Source: Syntrophobacterales bacterium (GTDB lineage Bacteria > Desulfobacterota > Desulfobaccia > Desulfobaccales > 0-14-0-80-60-11). From it: DNA of 64,000 bases. Location of the stretch: contig JARRKO010000009.1 of NCBI GenBank assembly GCA_037388025.1, forward strand, positions 25,647 to 89,646, in the 5' to 3' direction. This document shows positions 18,521 through 28,177 of the stretch, piece after piece. Numbering within the stretch: position 1 is the first letter of the stretch; each line of letters opens with the position of its first letter. A program made the position numbers and the translations under genes. A model generated the notes under the pieces. The model ran no database searches, had not been told where the DNA came from, and saw only the letters and a list, made by a program, of their open reading frames with translations.

Positions 18521-20785
18521 CTAAAACAAATTCGCCGGGTCGATATCCAGGGTGAGGTCGATTTTGCTTTTGGGGGGAGGGGACCAGGTCTGGCGCAGGT
18601 GGTCCAGGACCGCCAGCAGGGGAGGGCGGCCGTAGCTTTTCACCAGAATCTGCCAACGCCAGCGGCCCTTGAGCTTGGCCAGGCCGGCCGGGGCCGGACC
18701 CAGCAACCGCAGGCGGGTGGCCAGGTCGTGGTGGCCCCGCACAGTGCGGCGCAGCGCCTCCGCCAGTTTTTTGGCCTGTTGGGCCACCTTGTCCTCCGGC
18801 ATGCCGCTCAAACGCACCAGGGCTAGCCGGGTAAAAGGAGGATAGCCCAGCTCCCGCCGGGATTCCAGCTCTCGCGTATAAAACTTTTGATAGTCTAATT
18901 CTTTCAAAGTTTGAAAAACGTAATGATCCGGCTGGTAGGTCTGGATAAGCACCTTGCCAGGGACCCCGCCCCGGCCGGCCCGCCCCGCCACTTGGGCCAA
19001 AAGCTGGAAGGTGCGCTCCCCTGCGTGATACTCCGGGAAAAACAGGCTTTGGTCCGCGGCAATGACCCCCACCAGAGTCACCCCGGGGAAATGATGTCCC
19101 TTGGTGATCATCTGGGTGCCCACCAGGAGGTCCAGGTCTCCGGCGGCAAAGTCCTGCAGCACTTTCAGGGCCCGGCCGCTGGTGGGCGCGGTGTCCCGGT
19201 CTAAGCGGGCCACCCGGGCTTCGGGCCACAAGCGGCGCACCTCGCCCTCCACCCTTTCGGTGCCCACCCCGTGCTTTTTTATGGCAGTGGATTGACACGT
19301 GGGGCAGCGTTCGGGAATATGGGTGTCATAGCCGCAGTAATGGCAGACGAGCCGGTTCCGGGAATGGTGCTGGGTTAGGGCCACGCTGCAGTGCTCGCAC
19401 TGGAGGATGTGGCCACAGAACAGACAGAACATCACGGTGGCATAGCCCCGGCGGTTCAGAAACAGGAGGGCCTGTTCTCCCCGCTTTAAGGCTTCAGACA
19501 CCGCGGTGACCAGGGGTGGGGAGATTATTTTCAGGCTGGCGCCCCCGCGCTGCTGCTTGAGGTTGATAAGCTCTACCTGTGGCAGGGCTTGGGGGGTGAC
19601 CCGCCGGGATAAATGTAGGTAGCGGTAACGCCCTTCCTGGGCCCGGAAAAAGGTGCTCACCGCCGGGGTGGCCGAAACCAACACCACTGCGGCTCCCGCC
19701 AGCTTCCCCCGGAACAGGGCCACGTCCCGGGCCTGGTAGGGGAGGCCCCCTTCGTGCTTGTAAGCCGGGTCATGTTCCTCGTCCACCACGATGAGGCCGA
19801 CTCGCGGCAAGGGCGCAAACACCGCAGAGCGGGCCCCCACCGCCACCTGGGCCCGGCCGGCCGCCAGGCGCCGCCACTGGTCCAGGCGTTGGCTGTCGGT
19901 CAAACCGCTGTGCAACAGGGCCACCCGTTTCCCGAAACGCCGACGGAACTCCAGGGCCACGGGATGGGTGAGAGCAATCTCCGGGAGCAGTACCAGCACC
20001 TGGCGCTCCTGGGTCAGGGCCTCCTGGGCTGCGGCCAGATAGACCTCGGTTTTGCCGCTGGCCGTCACCCCGTGGAGGAGATAGGGCGCAAATTCCCCTC
20101 GCTTGAGGCCCTCGGCCAGCGCCTGCACCGCGGCTTCCTGCTCAGGGACCAGGGTGAGTTGCGGCTCCACCAGGGTGTGGGTTTGACCCTTGAGGGGATC
20201 TGCAAAGGACAGGCGTTCCTCCCAGGAAACCAACCCCTGATTGGCCAGGCGCTTGAGGACCGGGACACAGGTGGGAAAGGTCTGACGGAGTTCCCGGACG
20301 GCCACCGGCTCTCCGGTCTCCCGGAGATAATTCAAGATTTCCCGGGCCCTGGGTCCCAGGCGTCTGGGGGGCGCCGAGTCAGATTCCTGAGGCTTAAGGG
20401 CCACCCAGCGCTCCCGTTTGGGCCCGGAGGGCCGGGAACTGCCGGGAATTAGATGTCTTAAAGCTTCCCCCAGTGGGTATTGATAATACTCCGCCGCCCA
20501 GCGCCACAAAGGGACGAGTTCCGGCCCGAAGCGGGGCAGGGGGTCCAGCACGGCCAGGACCTCCCGGATAGCCGCGTCGGGAACCTCCTGAGCCGGACCC
20601 AAAAGATACCCCGTTACCTGGCGCCGCCCCACCGGCACTTGCACCAGGCAGCCTACCCGGGCCGTGGGTTGCAGCTCGGGGGACAGTCGATAGGTGAGAG
20701 TTTGGAAGAGGGGGAGGGCCACCGCTACTTCCCATAGGTTAGGGAAATCCCCAGAGGAGACCACGACTTCCTCTACTTCGTGCAT
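18521..20785 (-). CDS. priA: Primosomal protein N' (replication restart helicase PriA)
   Basis: 754 aa. Walker A GVTASGKTEVYL, VVDEEHD, and a Cys-rich zinc-binding insert (CLFCGHILQCEHCSVALTQH...CHYCGY...CPTC). Confidence 0.93.
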   Translation of the reverse strand: MHEVEEVVVSSGDFPNLWEVAVALPLFQTLTYRLSPELQPTARVGCLVQVPVGRRQVTGYLLGPAQEVPDAAIREVLAVLDPLPRFGPELVPLWRWAAEYYQYPLGEALRHLIPGSSRPSGPKRERWVALKPQESDSAPPRRLGPRAREILNYLRETGEPVAVRELRQTFPTCVPVLKRLANQGLVSWEERLSFADPLKGQTHTLVEPQLTLVPEQEAAVQALAEGLKRGEFAPYLLHGVTASGKTEVYLAAAQEALTQERQVLVLLPEIALTHPVALEFRRRFGKRVALLHSGLTDSQRLDQWRRLAAGRAQVAVGARSAVFAPLPRVGLIVVDEEHDPAYKHEGGLPYQARDVALFRGKLAGAAVVLVSATPAVSTFFRAQEGRYRYLHLSRRVTPQALPQVELINLKQQRGGASLKIISPPLVTAVSEALKRGEQALLFLNRRGYATVMFCLFCGHILQCEHCSVALTQHHSRNRLVCHYCGYDTHIPERCPTCQSTAIKKHGVGTERVEGEVRRLWPEARVARLDRDTAPTSGRALKVLQDFAAGDLDLLVGTQMITKGHHFPGVTLVGVIAADQSLFFPEYHAGERTFQLLAQVAGRAGRGGVPGKVLIQTYQPDHYVFQTLKELDYQKFYTRELESRRELGYPPFTRLALVRLSGMPEDKVAQQAKKLAEALRRTVRGHHDLATRLRLLGPAPAGLAKLKGRWRWQILVKSYGRPPLLAVLDHLRQTWSPPPKSKIDLTLDIDPANLF

Positions 20786-20936
20786 GTCAACCCGGCTAGT
20801 TTGGTTTGCCTGACCATTAATCTATTATGCCCTGTGCCCGGCAAAAATACAAAAGGCATAATTATAGCCAGAAGATCTTGCCAAAATGATGTCTTGTAGA
20901 GGTAAGCCATTGCCATATTGAACTGGCTCAGATTGT

Positions 20937-20998
20937 GTAGAGACGGACCCCGTGTCCGCCTGTCAATTCGGGCTGACACCCGGGTCGGTCCCTACAAG
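20937..20998. repeat. REP-like GTAG...CTAC hairpin
   Basis: tgtagagacggacc...ggtcggtccctacaag is an imperfect long hairpin bounded by GTAG and CTAC. Confidence 0.5.
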
Positions 20999-21108
20999 TG
21001 TTTTATTTCAAAGGGAAAATTGTATCAGATGGGGGATGGGCCGGCTAAAGTAGTCCCGCCCCAGTGATTTGAAGGGGAAGGCCGGGGCTGGGCTCCGGCC
21101 TTCTCCGG

Positions 21109-21843
21109 CTATTGACGCATGGAAATGGTGTACGCGGATTCGATACCGAAAATATCGGCGTAGGCCACGGTGAGAATGCAGTGGGTGAGAGGTACGGAAA
21201 CCAGCAGCCCCACTACCACAAGCAAGAGGCCGGCCAGATTGAGCAAGAGCAAAAGCAAAAAGAGGATAAAGAACTTAAACCAGACGGGTTGCACGGCCCG
21301 CCGACTTGTTTCCATGGCTGGCCAGAAGTCGAGCCCCCGGTCCACCACAAACATGATGGCAAAGAGGTAGCTTACTATCAGATAAATCCCAGGAGCAATA
21401 AGCAGGACGAGGCCGATGGTGATGAGGATACTGCTCACCACTCCCAATAACGCGAGCTGCACGAAAAGTTTAAAGCCGCCAAAAAAATCAACAAATTCCG
21501 GAGTTTGGTTTTTCAAGAGTTTGGCGCCCATAATAAAAAAGCCGGCATTCAAAGGGCTGATCAGGGCAAAACCGACCAACCAACCGATAACCGGCACCAA
21601 GTTGAGAGCGAGAGAAATTACTATAGTTATTATGAAATATCCGACAAACCCGGCAGGATACTTTTTTAATAATTCCCATCCCGCTTTAAAATAGTCACCA
21701 ACCTTCACTTCCGTGATTTGTGGCTGTTCCAGCGCCACAGGGGGAACCACAGGTTCTTCGGGCGGGGTTAGACTTTGGCCACAAGCGCTACAAGATTCAC
21801 TGCCGAGCTCCACTTCCTGGCCGCAGTGAGGACAATTTGGCAT
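21109..21843 (-). CDS. Zinc-ribbon-containing polytopic membrane protein, function unknown
   Basis: N-terminal CPHCGQ...CSACGQ zinc ribbon, then about 5 hydrophobic helices. ATG 21843 is preceded by AGGAGG. Confidence 0.6.
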   Translation of the reverse strand: MPNCPHCGQEVELGSESCSACGQSLTPPEEPVVPPVALEQPQITEVKVGDYFKAGWELLKKYPAGFVGYFIITIVISLALNLVPVIGWLVGFALISPLNAGFFIMGAKLLKNQTPEFVDFFGGFKLFVQLALLGVVSSILITIGLVLLIAPGIYLIVSYLFAIMFVVDRGLDFWPAMETSRRAVQPVWFKFFILFLLLLLLNLAGLLLVVVGLLVSVPLTHCILTVAYADIFGIESAYTISMRQ

Positions 21844-21939
21844 GGACTCCTCCTTTCCAGCAGGTTCGAAGAAAATCACCCATGCACTGAACCCGGCAAG
21901 GGGGGGTAGGGGTTAAAATATCCCCGCCCTCCCTTCCTG

Positions 21940-23106
21940 TCATTGCTGGCGTCGTTTTTGGAACTGGCGCACCTGGTACATAAAGGCTTCCAGGCGGGTC
22001 AGAGTGTGGGTCTGCTCCTGGCCGTCATAAGCCAGAGCCAGGAAGGGAATGTTGTCGTGCTCCTCCCGGAATCGGTTGAACAGGGAATTCACCACCGTGC
22101 CCGGCATGCAGGTAAAGGGCATGATGTTCACCAGCCCGGAAACACCCTTCTGCACGAAGTCCCGGGACTTGCCGATACTCAGGATGGCTTCGCCTTCAAA
22201 AGAATCATGGAGATACCCCTGAGCCAGAGCCAGGGTTTCCGGAATGGCGGGTTCGTGGAGGTTTTTAATGCAACCCTCGAAGAGATGAATAAGGTGGTGT
22301 TCGTCCTTTCTCTGCACCCATTCCTTAATGAGGATTTGCAAAAGATGACGGTAGCGCCGGAAGGTCCGGGCCTGGCGCTTGGAGGTGAAGTTGACGTAAA
22401 GCAGCCACTCCGAAATAGGCGGCAACCAGGCTTCGGCCCCCAGAGCCTCGATATGCCGCACCGTGTTCTCATTGGAAAACCGGTTGGAGCGTACATAAAT
22501 CTCGCCCACCACCCCCACGATGGGCTTGTCACCACGGCCATTTAAGGCCACGTCATCAAAGGTGCTCCGGGCCTCTCGAAGTACCCTGTCCAAGTCCCCG
22601 CGCTCCCGCAGGGTTTCATGCACCTTATGGAGGAAATGCCAGTAAACTTCGTCGGCGCTGCCCTGGTGGCGCTCATAGGCACGGGTTTCCAGGAGCTTTT
22701 TCTCCAAAAGGTCAATGGCCACAACGCCCCGCCAGGCGATGCGGTCAAAGTCTTCGCCCACCATGCCGATTTCATCATACATATCGGCGCTCTGGTCCGG
22801 GGCGAAAACCGGCACTTCCTGATAGCCCAGTTCATCCAGGACTAGGCGATGGTAGCGGTGATATTGACCGAAGCGGCAGGGACCATCCCCTGAAGGCATG
22901 AAGAAGGCGCTCTTGTCCGGAATAAAATCGGGCCGCCGGACCATTTTAGCCAGGTCCCCGGTGGTGAGGATAAGAGGATAGCATTCCTTTCCGGAGGTGA
23001 GGCGACGGCCCAGCTCCAGGGTTTCCTCATCCGACTCGGGCAGGGACTCCGCCTCCGCGCCGCAGGCCTCGAACGCGGCCACCAAAGCCAACGCATGGTC
23101 GGTCAT
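21940..23106 (-). CDS. 2-hydroxyacyl-CoA dehydratase-like (HgdB/BcrC-family) domain protein; probably the detached C-terminal third of the upstream activase gene
   Basis: 388 aa (GKECYPLILTTGDL, GDGPCRFGQY, IVGVVGEIYVRSN, IMPFTCMPG). Its ATG lies directly after the inserted inverted repeat. Confidence 0.7.
   Translation of the reverse strand: MTDHALALVAAFEACGAEAESLPESDEETLELGRRLTSGKECYPLILTTGDLAKMVRRPDFIPDKSAFFMPSGDGPCRFGQYHRYHRLVLDELGYQEVPVFAPDQSADMYDEIGMVGEDFDRIAWRGVVAIDLLEKKLLETRAYERHQGSADEVYWHFLHKVHETLRERGDLDRVLREARSTFDDVALNGRGDKPIVGVVGEIYVRSNRFSNENTVRHIEALGAEAWLPPISEWLLYVNFTSKRQARTFRRYRHLLQILIKEWVQRKDEHHLIHLFEGCIKNLHEPAIPETLALAQGYLHDSFEGEAILSIGKSRDFVQKGVSGLVNIMPFTCMPGTVVNSLFNRFREEHDNIPFLALAYDGQEQTHTLTRLEAFMYQVRQFQKRRQQ
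22407..22517. repeat. Source arm of a perfect inverted repeat (inside the coding sequence)
   Basis: Checked base by base: the reverse complement of 22408-22516 equals 23107-23215 (109/109). The match extends one base on each side, giving 111 bp. Confidence 0.95.
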
Positions 23107-23216
23107 GGGGGTGGTGGGCGAGATTTATGTACGCTCCAACCGGTTTTCCAATGAGAACACGGTGCGGCATATCGAGGCTCTGGGGGCCGAAGCCTGGTTG
23201 CCGCCTATTTCGGAGT
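23106..23216. repeat. Inserted inverted copy of 22407-22517, at the junction of two ORFs
   Basis: Identical to the reverse complement of the internal coding segment. Flanked, in gene orientation, by a direct ATGA...ATGA. It supplies the premature TAG of the 947-aa ORF. Confidence 0.95.
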
Positions 23217-26048
23217 CATTTTTTCCTTGAAAAAGTGCTGGATAAAGGAGTCGGGGCCGCAGCCGAAATTGGTGATGTATACCCCGAAAAGTCGCGGGTC
23301 CTTGCGGATGAGCTCCGCCGCGCCCAGGATTTTCTGACCGAAGCGCCAGTACATGGGCTTGATCTCGAACAGCTCCTCCGCCTGGTCCACCGGCAAAAAG
23401 TCCATGGGAATTGCCAGGACACCCAGTTGCCTGAGTTTGCGGTGGAGGTTCAGGTTCATACCCGGATCGAAGGCATTATAAGGCCGGCCCACCAGCACCA
23501 TGAGGCGTTCATCCGGTGCCAGGGAGTCCAGGATTTCCCGACCCCGGTCCGCCAGGCGCTGATAATAAGCCTGCTGGGCTTCTTCGGCCCGGCGCGCCGC
23601 CCGCCCCACCAGGAAGGGGGAAACCCCCAACTGCCCGGCCAGTTCCCGCAAATTCCGACGCAGGACTTTGGGTCCCCGGCCGAAATAGAGGACGGCTGAG
23701 AGCAGCTTGGCCCCGTATGGGCTGAAATCGATGGCAGGGGGTACCGTATAGGCCAAGGTTTGGGCCAAGGGGCACACCACCCCCCGCTGGATTTCGGGGT
23801 GGGGATGGGGCATATCAATGATACTGGGAAGAAAGATGTTTTTGACCCCGGCTTCCAGCAAATCCAGGATGTGGCCGTGGGCCACCTTGATGGGGAAGCA
23901 AGGCTCCGCGGCCAGGCACTCCACCCCCTGGTGGATCACCTTGTTGTTGGTCTTCTGGGAATACACCACCGAGAAGCCCAATTCCTCGAAAAAGGCACGG
24001 AAGAACGGCATGAGTTCCTGGAAGAACATGGTACGGGGGATGCCGATGATGCCGCGTTTGCCCTCCGGCACTTCTTCGGGTTCGGGTCCGTAAAGCCAAG
24101 CCTCCCGTTCCTGGAGGAGATCCGGCAAATCTACCGGCGCCGCGGCCCGGCCCACTTCATACTTTTCGCAGCGGCTGCCGTAAAACAAGGGCTTTTCCCC
24201 GGCAATCTCCACCCGGCGAATCTCACAGGTGTTGGCGCACCCCTGGCACTCGAAGGAAGTGATTTGATATTCCCGTTCCGCTAGGTCAAAGCTTTTGAAG
24301 CTGGATTCCTCCCAGGTGCGTTCCCGCAAAGCCAGCAAAGCCGCGCCGATGGCCCCGGTGACGTCGTGGTGGGGTGGCACCGTGATTTGCTTCCCGAGCA
24401 CCTTTTCAAAGGCCGCCACAATGCCCCGGTTGGCCGCCGTGGCCCCCTGGTAGAAAATGGTGTCGCCGATGGGACGATCTTCCGCCACTTTGTTCAAGTA
24501 GTTATGCACTATGGAATATGACAGGCCGGCCACCAGGTCTTCCTTGACGGCCCCCCGCTGCTGGTGGTGCACGATATCGGATTCCATGAACACGGTGCAG
24601 CGCTCGCCCATGCGCACCGGATTTTTGGCTTCCAGGGCCAGGCGGCCGAATTCCTCCTTGATGGAAATGCCCAACTTTTCGGCCTGTTCCTCCAGGTAGG
24701 AACCCGTTCCCGCGGCGCACACTTTGTTCATCATAAAATCCACAATCGCGCCGTTTTTCAGACTGATAAACTTGGAGTCCTGGCCGCCGATCTCCAAAAT
24801 GGTATCCACCGCGGGGTTGATGGCCGCAGCCGCGGTGGCTTGGGCGGTGATTTCATTCCTGACCACATCGGCCCCGATAAAATCCCCGGTGAGATAACGC
24901 CCGGAGCCGGTAGTGGCCGCGCCCATGATTTTCACCCGCCCGGCCAGTTTCTTCCCCACCCGGCGCAGGCCCTCGGTGATGGCTTCCAGGGGCCGCCCCG
25001 CGGTCATGAGATATTCCCGGGCCAGGACTTTCATGTCCCGGTCGATAACCACCACGTTAGTGCTGATGGAGCCCACGTCGACGCCAAGGTAGCCCTCGGT
25101 GACCTCCCCTTCGGGGAGCTCCACGACTTCGTAATGCTCCGGTCCCAAAACTGGCGGCGGGCTGAGAGGCAGCAGTCTCCGGGTGGGCTCCGCCTCCCGG
25201 GCCAGGTGGGCCTTTAAAGGCTCGAGGTTCAGGGTGAACTGCTCGGAAACCTGCTCCCGCGCGGTCAGCACAGCCCCCACGGCTCCCAGGGCGCAAAAAT
25301 GAGGCGGAATAATCAGGGTGTCATCGTCCAGATCCAGGACCTCCCGAAAGGCCCGGCGCACGCCTAAATTGTGGGCCACGCCCCCCTGGAAGGCCACCGG
25401 CGGGGTCACTTCCTTCCCCTTGGCGATGTTGCTTTTTAGATTTCGGGCCATGGCCAGGCACAACCCGAAAATAATCTCGTAATCCGGGGTGGCCCCCTGT
25501 TGCAGGTGGATCATGTCCGTCTTGGCAAAGACGCTGCAGCGGCCGGCGATGCGGGGTGGGGTGGTGGACTTGAGGGCCAACTCGCTGAAGCCCTCGATGG
25601 AATACCCCAGGCGGTGGGCTTGCTGGTCCAGAAAAGACCCGGTGCCCGCGGCGCACATGGTGTTCATGGCGAAATCCCGGATAACCAAGTCACCCTCTTC
25701 TTGATCCACCATGATGAGCTTGGCGTCTTCCCCGCCCATATCGATAATGGCCCGGGTTTCGGGATGGAAGTGATACGTGCCCCGGGCCAGGGCAATGACT
25801 TCGTTGACAAAGGTGCCGTCCAAAACTTCCGCCAGCGCCTTGCCTCCCATGCCGGTGAACGCGGCCAGACGGCAGCGGTCCAGGGGAAACTGTGGGGGCA
25901 GCTCCTCCAGGAGCACTAGGGCCACCCGGTAGGGCTCCCCCAGGTGGCGGCGGTACTCTTCCCGGAGCACCTCCCCTTGCTCATTCATGACTACCAGCTT
26001 AACGCTCACCGAGCCTATATCCAGGCCCACGTCGAATTGTGCTTGCAT
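23205..26048 (-). CDS. CoA-substrate-specific enzyme activase-like protein (two BcrAD/BadFG ATPase modules plus a DUF2229-like region), truncated by the insertion
   Basis: Two ASKHA ATPase starts (GLDIGSVSVKLVV, GVDVGSISTNVVVI), CAAGTGSFLD/CAAGTGSYLE, and IGGQDSK. The last three codons (TPK-stop) read into the inserted repeat. Confidence 0.85.
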   Translation of the reverse strand: MQAQFDVGLDIGSVSVKLVVMNEQGEVLREEYRRHLGEPYRVALVLLEELPPQFPLDRCRLAAFTGMGGKALAEVLDGTFVNEVIALARGTYHFHPETRAIIDMGGEDAKLIMVDQEEGDLVIRDFAMNTMCAAGTGSFLDQQAHRLGYSIEGFSELALKSTTPPRIAGRCSVFAKTDMIHLQQGATPDYEIIFGLCLAMARNLKSNIAKGKEVTPPVAFQGGVAHNLGVRRAFREVLDLDDDTLIIPPHFCALGAVGAVLTAREQVSEQFTLNLEPLKAHLAREAEPTRRLLPLSPPPVLGPEHYEVVELPEGEVTEGYLGVDVGSISTNVVVIDRDMKVLAREYLMTAGRPLEAITEGLRRVGKKLAGRVKIMGAATTGSGRYLTGDFIGADVVRNEITAQATAAAAINPAVDTILEIGGQDSKFISLKNGAIVDFMMNKVCAAGTGSYLEEQAEKLGISIKEEFGRLALEAKNPVRMGERCTVFMESDIVHHQQRGAVKEDLVAGLSYSIVHNYLNKVAEDRPIGDTIFYQGATAANRGIVAAFEKVLGKQITVPPHHDVTGAIGAALLALRERTWEESSFKSFDLAEREYQITSFECQGCANTCEIRRVEIAGEKPLFYGSRCEKYEVGRAAAPVDLPDLLQEREAWLYGPEPEEVPEGKRGIIGIPRTMFFQELMPFFRAFFEELGFSVVYSQKTNNKVIHQGVECLAAEPCFPIKVAHGHILDLLEAGVKNIFLPSIIDMPHPHPEIQRGVVCPLAQTLAYTVPPAIDFSPYGAKLLSAVLYFGRGPKVLRRNLRELAGQLGVSPFLVGRAARRAEEAQQAYYQRLADRGREILDSLAPDERLMVLVGRPYNAFDPGMNLNLHRKLRQLGVLAIPMDFLPVDQAEELFEIKPMYWRFGQKILGAAELIRKDPRLFGVYITNFGCGPDSFIQHFFKEKMTPK

Positions 26049-26207
26049 GGCTGCTGTTCCTCGATGTTCCGGAATACGATAGTTGGTGCGATATGTTCGG
26101 TGCTCGGCAGGTGGTCAGGCCGATTGTTGACGGGCCTCCCGGCCGCGAGTCTTCACCCCTCCTGGTGACAGCCGTTTAAGCCTTTATGAACAAGAAAACG
26201 ATGCCAA

Positions 26208-26229
26208 TGTAGGGTGGGCACCGCCCACC
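26208..26229. repeat. REP-like hairpin (gtagggtgggca..gcccacc family)
   Basis: tgtagggtgggcaccgcccacc. This is the reverse-oriented relative of 3308-3329. Confidence 0.6.
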
Positions 26230-26290
26230 AATTATTCTTTAAAACCGCTTAGACAAGAGATAAAGTCAATTATCTCAGATAGTTGTTGCC

Positions 26291-27223
26291 TCACGGTGAA
26301 GAGGTCATGAGGCTGCGGTAAAAATCCTGTTCCCGGTGCATATCCCGGGAGACCAGGCCGGCCTTGAGCAGTCGCCCCAGGCGCTCCCGCACCTGGGCCA
26401 AAGATATTCCCAGGGCTTGAGCTAGGTCGCCGGCCGTCATGGGTCGCCGGGCCAGCATATCAAGCACGTCGCGATCCTTGATGGCCAAACGTTCCGGCGA
26501 TATTTGCCGGGACGCAGCCACCACCTCGGTCCCTTCTCCCAAAAACCGGGCCACCGCCTCCATTTCCTCCTGGGTCAGCGGTTGGGCATCTCTATCCGCC
26601 ACGGGCCGCACTGCGGTGTTCAACTGCACTTTATCCGGAGCCAGTTCTCGAAGCAGGGCCTTCAACGCGCTCAATTCCTCTTCCTGGTCGTTCAGATGCT
26701 TGAGTACCATGATCTCGACCCAGATCTGCCCAGTATATTCCCGGCGTAAGGCTTTGAGCCCCGAAACCACCAGGTCCAGAGAAAGGCCCGGATGAGGCCG
26801 GTTGATCCGCCGAAAAGTCTCCTCCCGCCCGGCGTCCAGGGATGGCAGGATGACATCCGCGCCGGCCACATCGGCCCGCACCTCCGGCAAGTAAAACAGG
26901 GAGCCGTTGGAAAGGACCGCCACCGGGGTGTCGGTGAGGCTTTTGACCGCGGCGATGATTTCCCGGATACCCAGGTTCAAGGTGGGCTCTCCGGACCCGG
27001 CCATAGTAACGTAATCCAAAGCCGCCGGCGGGCTGGCCAGGTAGTCCTCCAATTCCCCAATAATTTCCTTCACTCGGTAGGGCTGACGCCGGCGGGTCAG
27101 ATGCGTGGTCCGGCCGACTTCACAGTACAGACAGTCAAACGTGCAGGTTTTGGGAGGAACAAGATCCACTCCCAAAGAAAGCCCCAAACGGCGGGACGGC
27201 ACCGGACCGAACAGATGAGACAT
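26291..27223 (-). CDS. Radical SAM protein with C-terminal winged-helix domain
   Basis: CTFDCLYC (CxxxCxxC) near the N-terminus (GPVPSRRLGLSLGVDL), MAGSGEPTL, and a C-terminal HTH-like MTAGDLAQALGISLAQVRERL. Confidence 0.8.
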   Translation of the reverse strand: MSHLFGPVPSRRLGLSLGVDLVPPKTCTFDCLYCEVGRTTHLTRRRQPYRVKEIIGELEDYLASPPAALDYVTMAGSGEPTLNLGIREIIAAVKSLTDTPVAVLSNGSLFYLPEVRADVAGADVILPSLDAGREETFRRINRPHPGLSLDLVVSGLKALRREYTGQIWVEIMVLKHLNDQEEELSALKALLRELAPDKVQLNTAVRPVADRDAQPLTQEEMEAVARFLGEGTEVVAASRQISPERLAIKDRDVLDMLARRPMTAGDLAQALGISLAQVRERLGRLLKAGLVSRDMHREQDFYRSLMTSSP

Positions 27224-27224
27224 C

Positions 27225-27401
27225 TCAGAAACAACCCAGTTGGCACTGGATTATTTTTATGCGCAGTTCATTTAACAGATTTCCCAGTTCTTTCCGGGGA
27301 ATCCCTAATTCCTCAGCCAACTTGAAGGCTACGGCACAGGGAATTCTACCCTCCGGGGCCGCAGCTCGAATCCTGCTTTTCAACTCTTCTTGACTCGTCA
27401 T
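27225..27401 (-). CDS. Small Cys-containing protein (58 aa), below the ORF-track cutoff
   Basis: Hand-translated: MTSQEELKSRIRAAAPEGRIPCAVAFKLAEELGIPRKELGNLLNELRIKIIQCQLGCF. Its stop is 1 nt from the radical SAM ATG, suggesting coupling. Confidence 0.45.
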   Translation of the reverse strand: MTSQEELKSRIRAAAPEGRIPCAVAFKLAEELGIPRKELGNLLNELRIKIIQCQLGCF

Positions 27402-27497
27402 TTTGCCAACCTTGATCTTTAAAATTAGCTCAGCAACCCTGAAAATGCAAGTGAAACCCTCTATCCATGGGAATGTTAATAAAAAATTAATTACAAA

Positions 27498-28100
27498 TTA
27501 ATCCGGCGTGTTCAGCACCCGGAGACAAGCAGCGATCAGGGTATCTGAGACGCTGGTCAGGCTGGTGGTAATTCGTCCGTATATTTTGAACACCGCGGCC
27601 TGGAGCACGATGCCCAGAACCATGGCCGTTGCCGTGGCCGAATCTCCGGGCAGAAGCTCGCCTTCGCTCATAGCTCGCCAAATAACCTGATGCACCACAT
27701 CCACCGGGTTGGGCATGTCGGGAGGCACCCGCTTGAGGTAATTATGTTGACTCAACAGGAGATAGCTGAACAGCACCGGGTCCTGGTCAAAAAACCTACA
27801 GAAGTGATGCACCATGGCCGCGGTCTTGGCAGGTAAGGTGGTCTCCCGGGCCTGGCACCGGTCCAGGTTGTTGGCGAACGCAGCGAAATTGGAAGCAAAA
27901 AGTTCCCAGCCCAACTCATCTTTCCCGGCAAAATGACGGTAGAGAGTCCCTTCCGCCACCCCGGCGGCCGCGGCGATATCCCGCACAGTGGTCTCCGTTA
28001 CACCCCGTTCGACGAAGAGGGTTAAAGCAGCCCGAGAAATTTTGGATCTGGTGGCCTTGCCGTCCCGCATGGCTGAAATAAATAGTGAACGTTCACTCAC
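27498..28100 (-). CDS. TetR/AcrR-family transcriptional regulator
   Basis: N-terminal HTH: RAALTLFVERGVTETTVRDIAAAAGVAEGTLYRHF. Confidence 0.9.
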   Translation of the reverse strand: MSERSLFISAMRDGKATRSKISRAALTLFVERGVTETTVRDIAAAAGVAEGTLYRHFAGKDELGWELFASNFAAFANNLDRCQARETTLPAKTAAMVHHFCRFFDQDPVLFSYLLLSQHNYLKRVPPDMPNPVDVVHQVIWRAMSEGELLPGDSATATAMVLGIVLQAAVFKIYGRITTSLTSVSDTLIAACLRVLNTPD

Positions 28101-28177
28101 ATGTCAAGCTTTTTTTCCCGGCTCAGACGTGATAAGTTCCCAAGGTTGGAGGTTCCGATGAAAGGAGGCCTAGTTTT

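Noticed and set aside
18414-19298. 294-aa minus-strand ORF overlapping the priA 3' region in another frame
   Set aside because: Low-complexity Gly/Pro/Arg composition. The priA frame carries all helicase motifs.
20773-20979. 68-aa minus-strand ORF just upstream of priA
   Set aside because: It overlaps the priA start and a REP-like hairpin, and it has AT-rich atypical composition and no RBS.
22997-23230. 77-aa plus-strand ORF translating to ...GVVGEIYVRSNRFSNENTVRHIEALGAEAWLPPISE
   Set aside because: It looks protein-like only because it reads the inverted copy of a real coding segment. It is a by-product of the duplication, not a gene.
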